From the NCBI GenBank assembly GCA_976226885.1, contig OZ320321.1, forward strand, positions 40,734,001 to 40,798,000: DNA of 64,000 nucleotides, read 5' to 3'. A program made the translations under genes and the position numbers. This document shows, piece by piece, positions 24,490 to 37,138 of this stretch (position 1 is its first letter; each line of letters opens with the position of its first letter). The notes below the pieces were generated by a model. It saw only the letters and a program-made list of their open reading frames with translations, did no database searches and was not told the DNA's origin. The stretch is from Iphione sp. A-MEVVRFRX5 (lineage: Eukaryota).

Positions 24490-25110
24490 TAGAACTACAA
24501 TCTCAGCATTTAACGCAACGGCAAAAATATTTGTGAACTGAATGGTGTCATTAACTTTGCGAATGGCGAATCCCCGCCCCCCTCCCTAACTATTTTAGGT
24601 ATGCCGACAGTAAACAATGGTATGTTTCTTACTGGAATATAAGGCATAAACGCGTCAAAAACAGGCAAAATGTATCATGCTACGCAGGATACACGCGCTT
24701 CTGCGCAAAGAAATCCGTTTATCACAATACGGGTGTAAACACATGCCTAGTTTCTTTTTCAAATATTCACAAGTATTTTATGGACAAAAAGAAATAGTTT
24801 TTTTAACAATGATGCGAACATATAGCCATCGATACTGAGAGGCTTCCCGGAGAGGTCTCGTAGCTATGTTAACGAGGGGAAGCAGGTAAAAGTTAAGAAT
24901 CAGTCCGCTTAAGAATCTGACTTGACACTAACAAGCAGGATTTGCTTTACCAATCAGATTAGTTGTCTCTTGGGGATCATTATTGTCGATGGACTTCAGG
25001 TGTGGGCGTAGGATGGTCATGTAGTTCTCCTGACGTGGCGGAATTACTCTGGCATGATTAGTAATACCGGAAGCCGAGGGGTCCATGTGTATATTAGACT
25101 CTTCATTCCC
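24490..25110. promoter_or_regulatory. Promoter-like motif cluster with no recognised downstream coding gene
   Basis: GAACTACAATCTCAGCAT (ZNF143/SBS-like) ~24492; ACCAATCAG CCAAT box ~24950; CCGGAAG ETS site ~25067; TGACGTGG; relative CpG enrichment. Confidence 0.3.
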
Positions 25111-25699
25111 TGCCAACCCACATTTTCAAAATCATGTTTATTTCGTTGGCTTAGTGTAGTCCATCTTATGATCACATGATACACCAATCAATTTGTATTA
25201 GTGTCTTGGAATACGAAACAATACAGAACAGCATCTTAGAAGTCAAAGAACGTCTGAATTCGAATGCAAAGTTGGTTCACTAATGCTTTATCTCCTTTGT
25301 GCACGTTGCTTGTGAAGCTAAAGGCCTCATTACCAACACAGGTAGCATTAAGTATATTCCATTTGACCAGGCCAAGCAATTCGTTTTTGACCTTTAATAC
25401 ATGGCAGTAAGATCAGCATAGTGTGCAGTTTCCCTCTGTTAAGACCTAACATAGATGCAAAGTTGACTGGAAATTCAAGCAGGGATGTCGTATAACTACA
25501 TTACATAAGATAATCTTTATTGGGACAAAAAGGTGATTCATAGCTTTAAGCAGTACGGTAGATCAATTTATACCATAAATGTTTCCACATATAAGCTTCG
25601 TTCTTCCGTTTCCTTGTGGTTCTGGTGAGAAACAGGTTAAGAAACTCTTCTATGCTGCTCAAGCAGTGCTTTAGATGGTGTTTAATAGTCTTACAATGA

Positions 25700-28600
25700 A
25701 TGGGCCTGTTATAATAGTCAAAATGTCATATAATGAATGGAGGTCTGCTGAGAGTGTGGCACGGAGGTTCTAGATTCCATAAATTGTTCCCTTACGAAAA
25801 GTGATTGTTCTACATACTTTATACCTGAATAGCACGTGTGATTTGGTGTATACAATGCACCGGGTGCTTCCCTCTCTGTATCAGATGATAGTGACCCAGT
25901 AGTGGTGAGGAGATGAGTGACTCAATGGACAGTGATGAGGATGATATTGATTCAGATCATAACAACTGAAACAGTGAGTACTGATAACTGACACCTGTCC
26001 ATCAGATAATATATAGCTTTAAATGCAAGGTCGTCAATGATCAAGCATGTACATTATACTGTGTAGGTTATGTAGGTCGGTGCCCCAAAGAATCGTTTTA
26101 TGGCAATGTTCACTGTTTGTTTGATGTCAAATACCCCCCGCTCCTCCATTTGAATGGCCTATCCTATTCTACACTGGTTCGCCTTTAATATTGGATAAGC
26201 ACATCTACATATTGCAACAATATTGCAGTAAGCTACGAGGCCATCGTCATAAGTGCTGAACACATCGTGTGCCAAATGTCGGAGTCAACCAGCCATCCAC
26301 AGTGATTGTTTGGTGAACTATTTAATGAGTTTTTTTTTCAGCGAAACGTTTAATCTTGCAGTTTAAAGTATCTGAAAACATTTCGCTTGGACAGCATTCT
26401 TTCTTCAGCAGGTGCATAATTCATCACTTCAAGGTATCATGCATGTAGCACTGACTGATGCTAACAGTAAATATAAAAACCTAGAATTTGTCATAAAAAT
26501 GTATATGTTCACAATGACCAACAGTGCCTCTCCGTACCAAATAATAAGGCCACTTCGACTCCCCTTGTGGCATTTACATTCAATTGGCTCGGCTATACTT
26601 AAAACTTGTAATGCTCAGAACAACATGGACCAGCGCCAGACCAATTGATTTCTTCATTATTTCTTCCCGCATGTTCATCCATGTCCAAAGAAAATGAGTT
26701 CCCGTTTGGTGGAGGACAATGTCGACTTTGAACTGGATATATGATTCCATATCAATGCTTTGGTAGGAAATACACAAATTACCTTCAACGTAATTGAACC
26801 AATTCAGTGTTTGAGAAGAGGTAGGAAGGTGGTAGGAGCTAGTGAAAGTGTTATTTCAATTTATTCATTTGAGACGTCTTGAAAACGTCTTATTTGAAAT
26901 TACAAGGAGTACATTCCACTGGCTGTTGCCTAATGGCTTGAGCGTTTCTTTACCAAGCAAGTGCTGCCATTTCGGTGTGAAACACATTACAGATAGTCTT
27001 TCAAACGCATTCGGCCTGAATGAGCCAAAAGCATCAAAGAAATTCTGGAAAATCATTACTAAATGGTTTGTCTATGATATTGTCATTGTGCTTGGGAATC
27101 TAAGCTTCTTTGAAAAGGTATTATGCATGTCCTTCTCAAATGAATGCCCAAAATACGCTATGTTGCACCTATTAAATACCCAAGGAAGACCTTTACAAAA
27201 TTTTACCCAGCTACCACTCCTACGAAATCTTATTTTGTAAACGGTATAAAGAAATATATGAATATGTATTGGGACTGGCGTATGTCAGACCAATGTGTCT
27301 GGTTTTAGTCCATTGTGTTCAATCCTTTGGTATCATAGTTTTAATAAGTCTGTGGATCCATCTGCATTCATGCGCTCCCGTTCAGTATCACTATCATAGA
27401 TCAAAGTCATTATAAAACCCTTGAAGACACTCCCGTCTCCATTGTCAATTTCATACTGACACGTCTTGAACTAAGTTTCATACGCCTGATGAGACACTCC
27501 AGTCGTAACCATATCAAACATTTCCAGAAGTACTAAAACCACCTGATGGTTACAGCGATCTTATCACTGACAATCACAGGCACAATATTTACTCTAACCC
27601 CCAAACAATCAAGTACACATCACATCCTTACCGGAGAAAGTTATCAACAATTTGGAGAGATGCCAACACCTATCCTCCAATGAGAGTCCAGCCAGAAAGA
27701 GTCCTTGACAATGTTCCACCACCAACATTGTGATGTCTCTAACTTACCATGGAACACAGGTTAAAGCCTACTGTCCTTACAGGCAGTGTGGTTGTGCTAG
27801 CTCATCGTCCAGTGTCAGATATGAATATGTACACAAAATAACAACCCCTGTCAATTAATCATTTATGTATATTGAAATACATATACCAATAAAATGCCTG
27901 ATCATATCATAATCTCCTTGAACTGAACCATTTTTAAATTGAAAAGGTTCAATATCAACCCTCTGTATAAACCTGTTGTCTATAGATTCATGATTTAAAA
28001 GCCAAGGTATTAGCAATGGCTTCAGTTGGTCCTGAATTTTGTAAGGCTGCTTACCAAAAAAGTGAAAAATCCAAACCATTGCCATCTCCTCTACTGCGAC
28101 TGAGAAACACACTAGAATTTCTTTTTATGTCCTGACTCCCACGAAAGATGACCGCGTGAGGGTGACATACTCTCCATTTTACTAGGCATCATATGACTCA
28201 ATCGGGATAAATTCTTTCTTGTAATAGATAAATCTGGCTATTTCTTAATTATTCATTCAATCATAGTATCTTTTCGGTGCTTCTCTCAGCCCGTCTTCAT
28301 TCTACTCATTTTCACACACTAAATTTGCTTATAAACGTTGATTTTCCTCATTATATAGTTCATCTAGGCTCAACTGTACAATAATAGAATTATATTCAAA
28401 CTTTTTCACTGTGTTCTAGCCTTTTGAAAGATGAAATGATGACATGAAAGGCCGCACAAATGCTTCGACTGTGTAAGTTTTGAACTGTGTAATGTAACGC
28501 AAGTTTTTTTTAAGAATTAGCAGTCAAACTAGACGCCTCACAGAGTAACTCTTGGCCAACAAACAATCGTCATGCATCACTGTAACTGGCATCATAGGCG

Positions 28601-28900
28601 ATATCAAGTCACTCCGGATGATGGCTCATCGGTTAATACAGGCAATTAGATCATGTTTGGCACTGAGCTTACAGTCCCAACTAACACGTACTTTCAATGC
28701 CTGATTGCATGGCCTGATGTTTTTTGTGAGGAAATTGACACTTTCAAGTGACCTCTGACACTTCCTCAAACTAATTCTTCACCATCAGCGTAGGGCAAAC
28801 TCATGGAGTTCTTGGTAAACAAGAGCATTGATCAAGCGCATGGAAAACCTCAGATGGTTTTCGGGGAAGCAAGTTAGTTTCTGCACCAACAAAGTTACAT
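25700..28900 (-). mobile_element. Highly decayed BEL/Pao-like LTR-retrotransposon internal region
   Basis: SRTLSGWTLIG (~27690); SLWMAGxLRHLAHDVFS (~26290); LTTTGSLSSD…YTPNH…NNLWNLE-type integrase C-terminal motifs (~25760-25920); many stops. Confidence 0.45.
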
Positions 28901-29200
28901 TAGTAGTATCTACTTATGGAGGTTTACTCTTCCATTAAGAGGCATTATTACTTAGTCACCATATACATCAGGGTTCTTACAACATTCCACGACATCAACA
29001 TTAGCAGTTGCTGCTTGAAAACATACAAATCTTTGCTGACGTTTTCTCATAGCTGTAGTTCGTGGTCCGTAATACTTGATGGAGTTATCTCATTTTAGGC
29101 CATAGTTCACTTAGGTGTTCCCCAAAGTAGAATCCTGGACAGATTCTGGTCCCTTATTCTGGTCAATAACAAGAATCCATGGCTACACTGTTGCCCGAAA
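28850..29200 (+). pseudogene. Decayed LINE RT core fragment
   Basis: SVILDGVIS…VHLGVPQSRIL, a decayed GVPQGSILGP motif. Confidence 0.5.
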
Positions 29201-29269
29201 GTGTTATCCCACGATATTTATCAATGCGCCAATTTGTAAACAGAGAAAGATGGATATTAGCAAGAGTTG

Positions 29270-29272
<3 letters not shown>

Positions 29273-29315
<43 letters not shown>
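29273..29315. repeat. (GA)n microsatellite
   Basis: Perfect GA run. Confidence 0.95.
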
Positions 29316-29320
<5 letters not shown>

Positions 29321-30454
29321 CCTCCATTCCAGTGCAAGCGCCGAAGGCGTTAGTGCCGGTAATAAGCTGTTGCAAGGTATATCACTTCCAAATGTATGAT
29401 GATGCGACAGGTCTTCAGTTGGCATTTTTAAATATGGTGATATAAAATAGATTTAGATGTTGAGGTGAAGTACGTTGTTGTATGCCTCTTCAATTCCTGT
29501 CTTGATCAATTTGAGCGATCATACAGATGGGAGAAGAGGCCCATTACATGGTATGTATTGTGATCAATTGCTTGTCCGATAAGACAAAACACTACCAGTA
29601 TCAAGCATGGCTGACAGTAACTCGAGCATAACCCCACTAAAACACCAGTCATAGAGAGAAGCGTATTGGAAATGGAACCATGCCCGCAACACTGACTTAC
29701 AAGCTTACGACAATAAAAAAGAAGTGTCCATGACACATTGATTTCCAACCTTACAACAATACCATTTTAACAAAACTATGGCAAACATGTCTGCTGCAAT
29801 CAGTAACATTGACCGATGTATCCGGTCTCTTTGCATTTTTCCACAAGATTCCTTATTCGCCAGCCATTTCACAGTAGGAATCAACACCAAGAGTCAGGGT
29901 AAGGGCTAGGGTTAGCCACAGAAGGGTTAAGGATAGTGTTAGGGTTATGGTGACACACACATCAAATTACACATACCAATATGTACATGCACACATACAC
30001 AGCTTTACACATCCATCTACACAAATGCACCAACATACCTAGAGAGACATCAACACACATCAATAAAGCATTACCGATATATATGTGCTAATGTATTATT
30101 AGGTTGGTAATCGATGTGGTTTTCATGGAGAAAGGACTGTTATTTCCTGACTTTGCATGCCCACCGTTTTCTGAAGAGGGTATTTTTGGTGGTGGTGGGT
30201 GGTAGTGGTCAGTGCTTGGCTACTGTCGCATTTTCACAAAGAACGTGTGAGACAGGCATGAAAAATGTGACAGAGGATTTGTTTCAAGTGGGAGGTCTCT
30301 CCCCGTCTCTCTCACTTTCTTTCCCTTGTGTTTTTTCGCGATACAGGCATTACAAAATGCGACAACTTCTCTTTGGGTGCACAGCCCTAGTGGGGGTCGA
30401 GTCCAAACAGTTCACACAAATTTGACAGGAATTCCCATAAGATTGAATACATAT

Positions 30455-30630
30455 ACAGAGAGAGAAACAGAGATAGGCAAAGAGAGAGGGAGGAATTAAG
30501 AGAGCGACAGAGAGAGAGAGGCAGAGGAAGAGGGAGAGAGAAGGATGGAGGGGAGAGAGAAGGAGAAAGAGAGGCAGAGAGAAGGAGGGAGGGAGAGAGA
30601 GAGGAAGGGGGAGCAAGAGAGGAAGAGAGA
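30455..30630. repeat. GA-rich polypurine low-complexity tract
   Basis: Almost exclusively G and A. Confidence 0.9.
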
Positions 30631-30869
30631 ATTCAGCTCCACACACTTCCCTAGCTTCAAAGGAACAACCTGACTGCATCTCTCAGGGTGATACTCTTTG
30701 ACAATTATAATTTTGTCAAGTTTGGACACCTCTGTGCGTGGAAATAGATCTTTTGGGTTATGTTGGTCTTTCCTACCTTTTTTGTGAGTTTTCTTTTTAA
30801 ATGGGTGTTTAATAATACTATAGTAACTAATGTTAGCAAATGTGCAGAACATTTTATTATCATTTTATC

Positions 30870-32090
30870 AGAATAGGTGCTAGAGTTCTGGAGGAATTAC
30901 CTGAAATAGTTGCGACAAAATTACTTGAGCCAGAACATCACTTATATTGACAACCGATTAGTAAAGCTGAGTATATTAAAGCACTTACTAAGTTATCGGT
31001 GACCAAGGCCAGCTTATTGAATGGCCAACAGTTATAATAAAACAAGCATTTCTAGTTTTAAAACGTGAAATGCTTGACTAGATGAACAAAATGAATACCA
31101 CATTTACCTTCCCTCGTGAATGGACGACAGTTATTGGGACACCACTATATAAATCAGGCACTTTTACAGATGTGAACAATCATCGCCCAATTAGTCAGTT
31201 ACCACTCCCAGTTAAGATCCTTGAGAAAAAAATATATAATCGTCTGATGGGCTACTTAGAGAGAAATATCTTGACTTCACATGATTTGGGGTTTTGGTCT
31301 GATAAGGGTACTGACGCTGCAATTTTTCATTAGTTACTTACATAACAGCAAATCTTAATGATGGTAAGAAGGTTGCTGCATGCTACATTGATTTTTCATA
31401 GGCCTTTCATTCAGAAAGTCATTCTGTGATTTAAGCTAAATTGCATAACATAGGTGCACAAGAATTAATCCCTCCGATGGCGGCCTATCTGGCTAATAGG
31501 TGGCAGAGAACAATTGTGGGAAAGGTAAAATCTTCTGAAGTGAAAATCACCTGTGGAGTTCCACCAGGATCGGTATTGGGTCCCCTTCTATATTTGGTTT
31601 TCATTAATGACCTACCAAATTGTCTAGAGCTATCAAGAAAGGTTTTATATGTAGACAATCTTGCAATAATAGCAACTGGTGAATCAATCAAAGCAATTAT
31701 GCATAACATGCAGCATCACCGAGATAGAGTGTGTAAGTGGACAAATTATAATAGGATATTAATTGATATAAAGAAGGCTTAGGTCAGGTCCTATGAATTT
31801 GGAAATAACAACCCTAGATCTGTGTACGGGAAAGATTCACTTGGATCAAGTAGACACTTTTAAATACTTGGGTGTCATTATTAGTGGCAACCTAAGATGG
31901 GACTTACTAAGACTTACTAAGGAAGGGATATTCTAAGATGGTTCATTTTAGTCATATCAGGAATTGTATTAATTTTCACTATGTACAAATATCTGTTAGG
32001 ACTATGATACTTCCAATAATTGATTATAACTCGTTTCTATTGAAAAATGAAAATACTTTGATCAGTTAATTACCTTAAGACATCGTATAT
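30870..32090 (+). pseudogene. CR1/L2-clade LINE RT fossil
   Basis: PLYKSG…NNHRPISQLPLPVKILEK; AYLANRWQRT…ITCGVPPGSVLGPLLYLVFINDLP…LYVDNL; VDTFKYLGVII. Confidence 0.9.
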
Positions 32091-32889
32091 ATTGAATTTG
32101 TTAGAGGCCTAGACAAGCCCCAGCTAGGCTTGAGGCAAAGTCTGAAGTGACTGCAATTCGTGATTTCACAATCCTTAGGTTACGGTGTCACCACTACGAA
32201 TTGCAGGAACCTGACTTTGAGTATAGGATACCTAACACTAGACAACAATGTAAGACGAATTCCAGATGTAGGCCGAAAAGAGAAGGGGTACGTCTATCAG
32301 TGATATATAGGTTTCAGGAAATATGATCATCCCTAAATGAGGAATAAACTTATTATGATAAATTGAGAATGAGATCTCTGTGGAAAAGAAGAAGTAAGCA
32401 TGTAATATCAAATTACTTTGTACCATGAGTAGTAAGCAACACGATTGTGTTATTTGGAGAGGACATTGTCTGAACAACATTGCAATTATATTTATAAACT
32501 GCTGATGGAAGGGACAGAAGGTAGTCCTGTATACATGGAGCGGGGAGTAAATATACGAGTCATCTACATGTATATAGAACCTATAGGACCGACGTTGTCT
32601 GTGACTTGTGTGGTAGCACGTTGTCTAAACTTCACAATTCAGGAAAGAAAGTGGTCTGTATTATAGATATTTCTGGCTAATATTTCGGTCAGTCTCCTAC
32701 AATCACTTGTTATCTGTAATGACCTTTGCTTCTTTGATGTTAAAGGGGCGTCTATAGACTACAAGTGTTGTACTAACAAATTAGTTTCTATTGTGAATTT
32801 GGATCTGATATGGAATTTAGTCTGGCTGCACATACTATTATGTATGAATATTGGCAGCTAAAATACAGATTTAATAATAATAAGACTCA

Positions 32890-33880
32890 GCCAACTGAGC
32901 CTCTGAAAGGATCACCTTCAGTCACCCACTTTCTCACCTTTTGGTTTACAAGTGCCCCAAGGAAGTACTCCCAGCACAGCATATCCTGTCCTTCCACTGA
33001 CCAGCGGCCTCCGGGTAGACCAAACAAACAAGCTGCTCCACACTATCAACCAGGTCGGCCAGCTTCTCGTCTTTCCCATGGTGATGGTATTTCAGCTACT
33101 GCATGTAAGCATCTGCTTGGTTCAAGGGCTGGAAGCGGTCTTGTGATGCCTTCGGGATCTTCTGCTGTCTTCTTCATCCATGTCGACCTGGCCATTCTGC
33201 AACGCCGTCCAGGCAGCGGTAGGTCACACCCAGTTGCAATTACTTCTCCCTCTCATCCCTGCCTTTCGCTACCACAACTAACTGGTAGTGGTGGAGAATA
33301 TCAGGCGGGGATGTCATACCATCGTAAGTGTCTAATTTAATGTTCGGACGTCTGTCAACGGGGTGCACCACTTGTTGAAATTCGCCTATGAGGCCTCACA
33401 CCGCCAAGTTCTACTCCGAGCCTGTCTGTGGTTCCCCTTTCCCACTGAAGTCTTGCGTCTTCGAGTTCATGTCATGCCTCTGCCTCAGGGTAGTTCATGT
33501 AACTCCTGGGTCCGCCATCTTCACCATGCTCCTTCTTCTGCATACTCTGCACAAATCTGCGTCTCTGCTTGGTCCCTGGCACAAAGGTCCCTGGATTCTC
33601 TGCCTCCAGCATTCTCCCCGCCATTCTCTCTACTGTGGAGTAGGGCACTATATCCCACCACTGCCACCAATATTATAACCCTATCTCAACATAAGAAACT
33701 AGTCCGATATGAATTACTGAGTTGTGCTTTATTCAAGGAGTCCACATGAACTATATTGGTTTCCCCACATGCAACCCTTTACAGAAAATCGTATCGTGTG
33801 GGGTAGGAAAATGGTGTGGAACAACATAATCGGCAGGGTAATTTCTCTAAAAAGCAATATCTTTATTAACAGGTGTTACA
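32890..33880 (-). mobile_element. Gypsy/Ty3-like fragment: 5' LTR (33880-33674), tRNA-Leu PBS (33669-33652) and gag remnant
   Basis: LTR runs TGTAAC…AATAAAGCACAAC…GGGTTATA (decayed TGTAAC/GTTACA ends); PBS TGGTGGCAGTGGTGGGAT; gag IKLDTYDGMTS…, RFQPLNQADAY…KDEKLADLVDSVEQLVCLVYPEA. Confidence 0.8.
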
Positions 33881-34759
33881 GGACGACGCATGCAGGAGAT
33901 ACACCGTGAGCATTTATGGGACCCGGTCGAGAGGCCAATCACGACTGCTGTAAAACGTGTACGGTAAATCTGCATGTTTAAATATATCGAGAAGCCGGTG
34001 TACAGTGTACGCATCTATCTTTAATGGATTCCCTCCGAAAAATGGCTTTTTCCTCGAAAGCACTAAATTTGTCCATCCCCCTACAAATGATGCAAAATGC
34101 CGAGGTACGCATCTACTATTAAATAATCTTTAGTCAGCCTCAACTTTCGATCTACGACAATGTGTCTAAAAGCAACACATGAAAATAACCCGTATATATG
34201 TCCGTTTTCTCTCTTTTTGTCTGTTTTTACATGCCTGCATTGTAACCATCAATAACTTGAGCATTTGTGTTCCTTTTACTGTGGTTGACTGCGACTATAT
34301 ATGTCTGCCCCCGTGAGTTGTTTGTGTTCCCTGCTAATGCCTGATGTCCATGCCTTTGGAATAGTGTATTTTATGGGGTATCTACAACTGTATGTAAATC
34401 GAGTACCTCATATATTAATGTATAAGTGACTATCTCAGTTAGTAATGTGACCTCACATCAAGTTAGCAGTGACCTCATATTATGAGCTCATGCTGAACTC
34501 AATTTATAAGCTCACGAATACCTCACAATGAGCTCAACGCAAGCCAAAAGGACCCCCCTCGCATCAACGCGGCGTTCCAAATGCATCTCAATGCTTGCCA
34601 ATACAACTATGGAAACCCGGCCTTACTGATTAGGCAATACGCTGCTTAGGGAGTGTGGATCCGGACATGGGCGTGCTTTGATTTCTTCAAATGACACTGT
34701 CATCTGTAAGGACGTCCACGGCCGGCTCCAATCCACTGGAGACACTTCCAGTGATTGGG

Positions 34760-35470
34760 AGAGGTGATAGGTATGGTGTGTGCCACCATCTGGTGCAGGA
34801 GATCCGGGAAGACACCGCCTACTTTCAGTGTTTTATCCAACTAAATCGACACCAGTTTAAACACATTCCTTCCAAGATTTTAAGGTGACTTGGATAGATC
34901 AGTCTGATGACACATGCCATGCACTCCCACGTTCCGCAGGTAATGTCAAACTGCATACAATACCTGGAATGGGTGTACTTCAGATCTATGGACCACAAAA
35001 TTAACAAATGTCACAATATATAAAACGGTACCTGGAATGAGTGTATTTCAGTTCTTTAAATTTATAAATATCACAATATAAACTACATCAGCATTGTCAG
35101 GGCAATCCCACAGACAATAACCTACTCATAAGAACTATTTCTACTGAATGCTATAGCAGATTTACCACCGCAGTCCTCGAACTTGTCATGGCCACACATG
35201 CTTCAGGCAGAGAATACCGCCCCGGAACTGAAGCAATTTGTCACCAAAGTAAGTCAACAACACTTACCAATTTGCAAGGGACTGACTTCCTTACAGCCAG
35301 AGGATGTTGCTCTACTTGGGTCCTTGCATAGTTTGGAGACTATTTCCACGCTATCAAACCCTTTGAATGGTAGGCGAGATACCTGCAAGGACGCCGCCTG
35401 CAAGCAACAGTTGCCCAGTGACAATGATGAGGCAGAGAGGCAAGGGACAAATTGCCAGACACTGTTACTA
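34760..35470 (+). pseudogene. PIF/Harbinger transposase fossil with the catalytic core missing
   Basis: RYGVCHHLVQEIREDTAYFQCFIQLNRHQF resembles the Harbinger N-terminus; GREARDKL resembles the C-terminal motif; a Harbinger-like end ATGGAAACCCGGCC|TTA lies at ~34609-34625. Confidence 0.5.
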
Positions 35471-36263
35471 CAATAATATTTTTACCAATTGTGATGTCAC
35501 AATAGAATCTCCACCAATCAGATTGCTGTATTTCCAGAGATTGTCTGAAAAAATGGTGAACATAAGTGATGTAACGGGTTCGCTTTACTAATGGTGAACC
35601 CTCCAGCGGCTGAGCCATAACAAACCAAAGCACATGAATTGACCAATCGCCCGTATCATGGAAACTTTCCGTTTCCAGCGTCATAATGATGTGTTTTTAA
35701 CTGTTTCCTCCAACAGCTCAGTCACTAGTACCCGCAAATGGTTAATAGTGCGTCACCTCTACCCGTTTACTCGATTATTCCCACGTGTTGTGCGATCAGT
35801 AAGTAGTGACGGTGTACTTTGAAGGATATGAGCCTATGACTGCAAGTGACTTTAAATGTTATTAATGCAGTATACTCGCTCATCGGGATTCTTGATAAGT
35901 GTACACTAAAAGTATGTAGCTCTAGGTGTCATCCTCATCCATTGAAAGTGGCCCGCTGTATGTGTGTAGCCCCGCACGGCAGGATAGACCAGAAATGGGT
36001 ATGGGAGGGCTGCACTGAGGTATAACTTCTTCTTCCACTGCATCATAATGGCTGGTGTGCTCTGTCCCATCAAAGGAATCTAGATGATTCCCCACCTTCA
36101 GGTTATCCCCATGGCAGGTGAGGAATACCATGCATGTACAGAATTTCCAATTTGTGAGTCAGTTGGCACTAGAACCACTCTTGGTATTTCCTATGCCAGT
36201 CACTTGGAACGTGGTATCTCATCCCATGGGTTGTGCCATTTCCGCCGGGGCAAATAAGTAAAT

Positions 36264-36870
36264 GTGACCAGCCAAGGAAAAAGGGTATTCCAGTGCAAAC
36301 CTATGGAAACTAAAGAACATTTTTGGCTATCATTTGGTGCAAAGATTGTGTAAATACTCCTTCTAGATCCGGAGATATCTCAATTCGAAGTTGATATAAC
36401 AGAGCGTTCAAAAAGATGAAATTTAATGCTTAATGCATTCCTTGACATTCTATAGTCTAACTATCTATATGTTGTAAAATATATAAATTATTCTTAAATT
36501 TTCATTCTTTCACAGAATCTGTTCTAGAAAAGATATTCTTGAAAGGGTTTCAGTTCTTGATAGGGCATTTCTTATATTTCTGTATCATAAAGGTATTTTA
36601 AATAATCCTCAAATATTGTCACTATGGTAACTTAATGTATTCATTTATGTAAATTAGCTCATTTACATATCTGATCACATGACTGAAAATAACTTAATAA
36701 ATAATAAGAATTTACAAAAACTGACTTTTGCAACAGATTCTACAGGAAAAATTAGCAAGAAGAGTTTTTCATGACTAGATTTCTGTTTCCTTCATTTTTG
36801 GCCTCAAATAATGGTTATTTTACACTTTGACTTTTTTGCGCCGGATACCCCTTTTCCCATGGCTGGTCAC
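36264..36870. mobile_element. 607-bp MITE with ~37-bp imperfect TIRs and 4-bp TSD AAAT
   Basis: GTGACCAGCCAAGGAAAAAGGGTATTCC… / …GGATACCCCTTTTCCCATGGCTGGTCAC; AAAT at 36260-36263 and 36871-36874. Confidence 0.85.
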
Positions 36871-37138
36871 AAATATTAAAAGGTTTTATTTCCAGGGAAC
36901 ATCCTTAAAACAAAGCTCCCGCAAAAGTTCATCATTCCTGCTGTGTTTTGTGAATAGGGACAAAGTCTATGATGTAAATAAATTATAGCTATTGTGTAAA
37001 ATAAATCAAGCAGAAAATAAGTGCAGTATTACATGAGTATTTTTATTTTTATGAGAGCCTGACAGATTGCATATATGTAGGACATAAGTTGTCCATGAAA
37101 TCGTACGATAAAAGAGGCAAACGCAGGAGTGTACTCAC

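Noticed and set aside
27486-27509. Hammerhead-like CTGATGA-GAC…GTC-GTAAC
   Set aside because: The GAAA core is mutated, no stem I/III is evident, and it lies antisense within the Pao-like fossil; likely chance.
29895-29950. Telomere-like TAGGGTTA motifs
   Set aside because: Only scattered degenerate copies, not an array.
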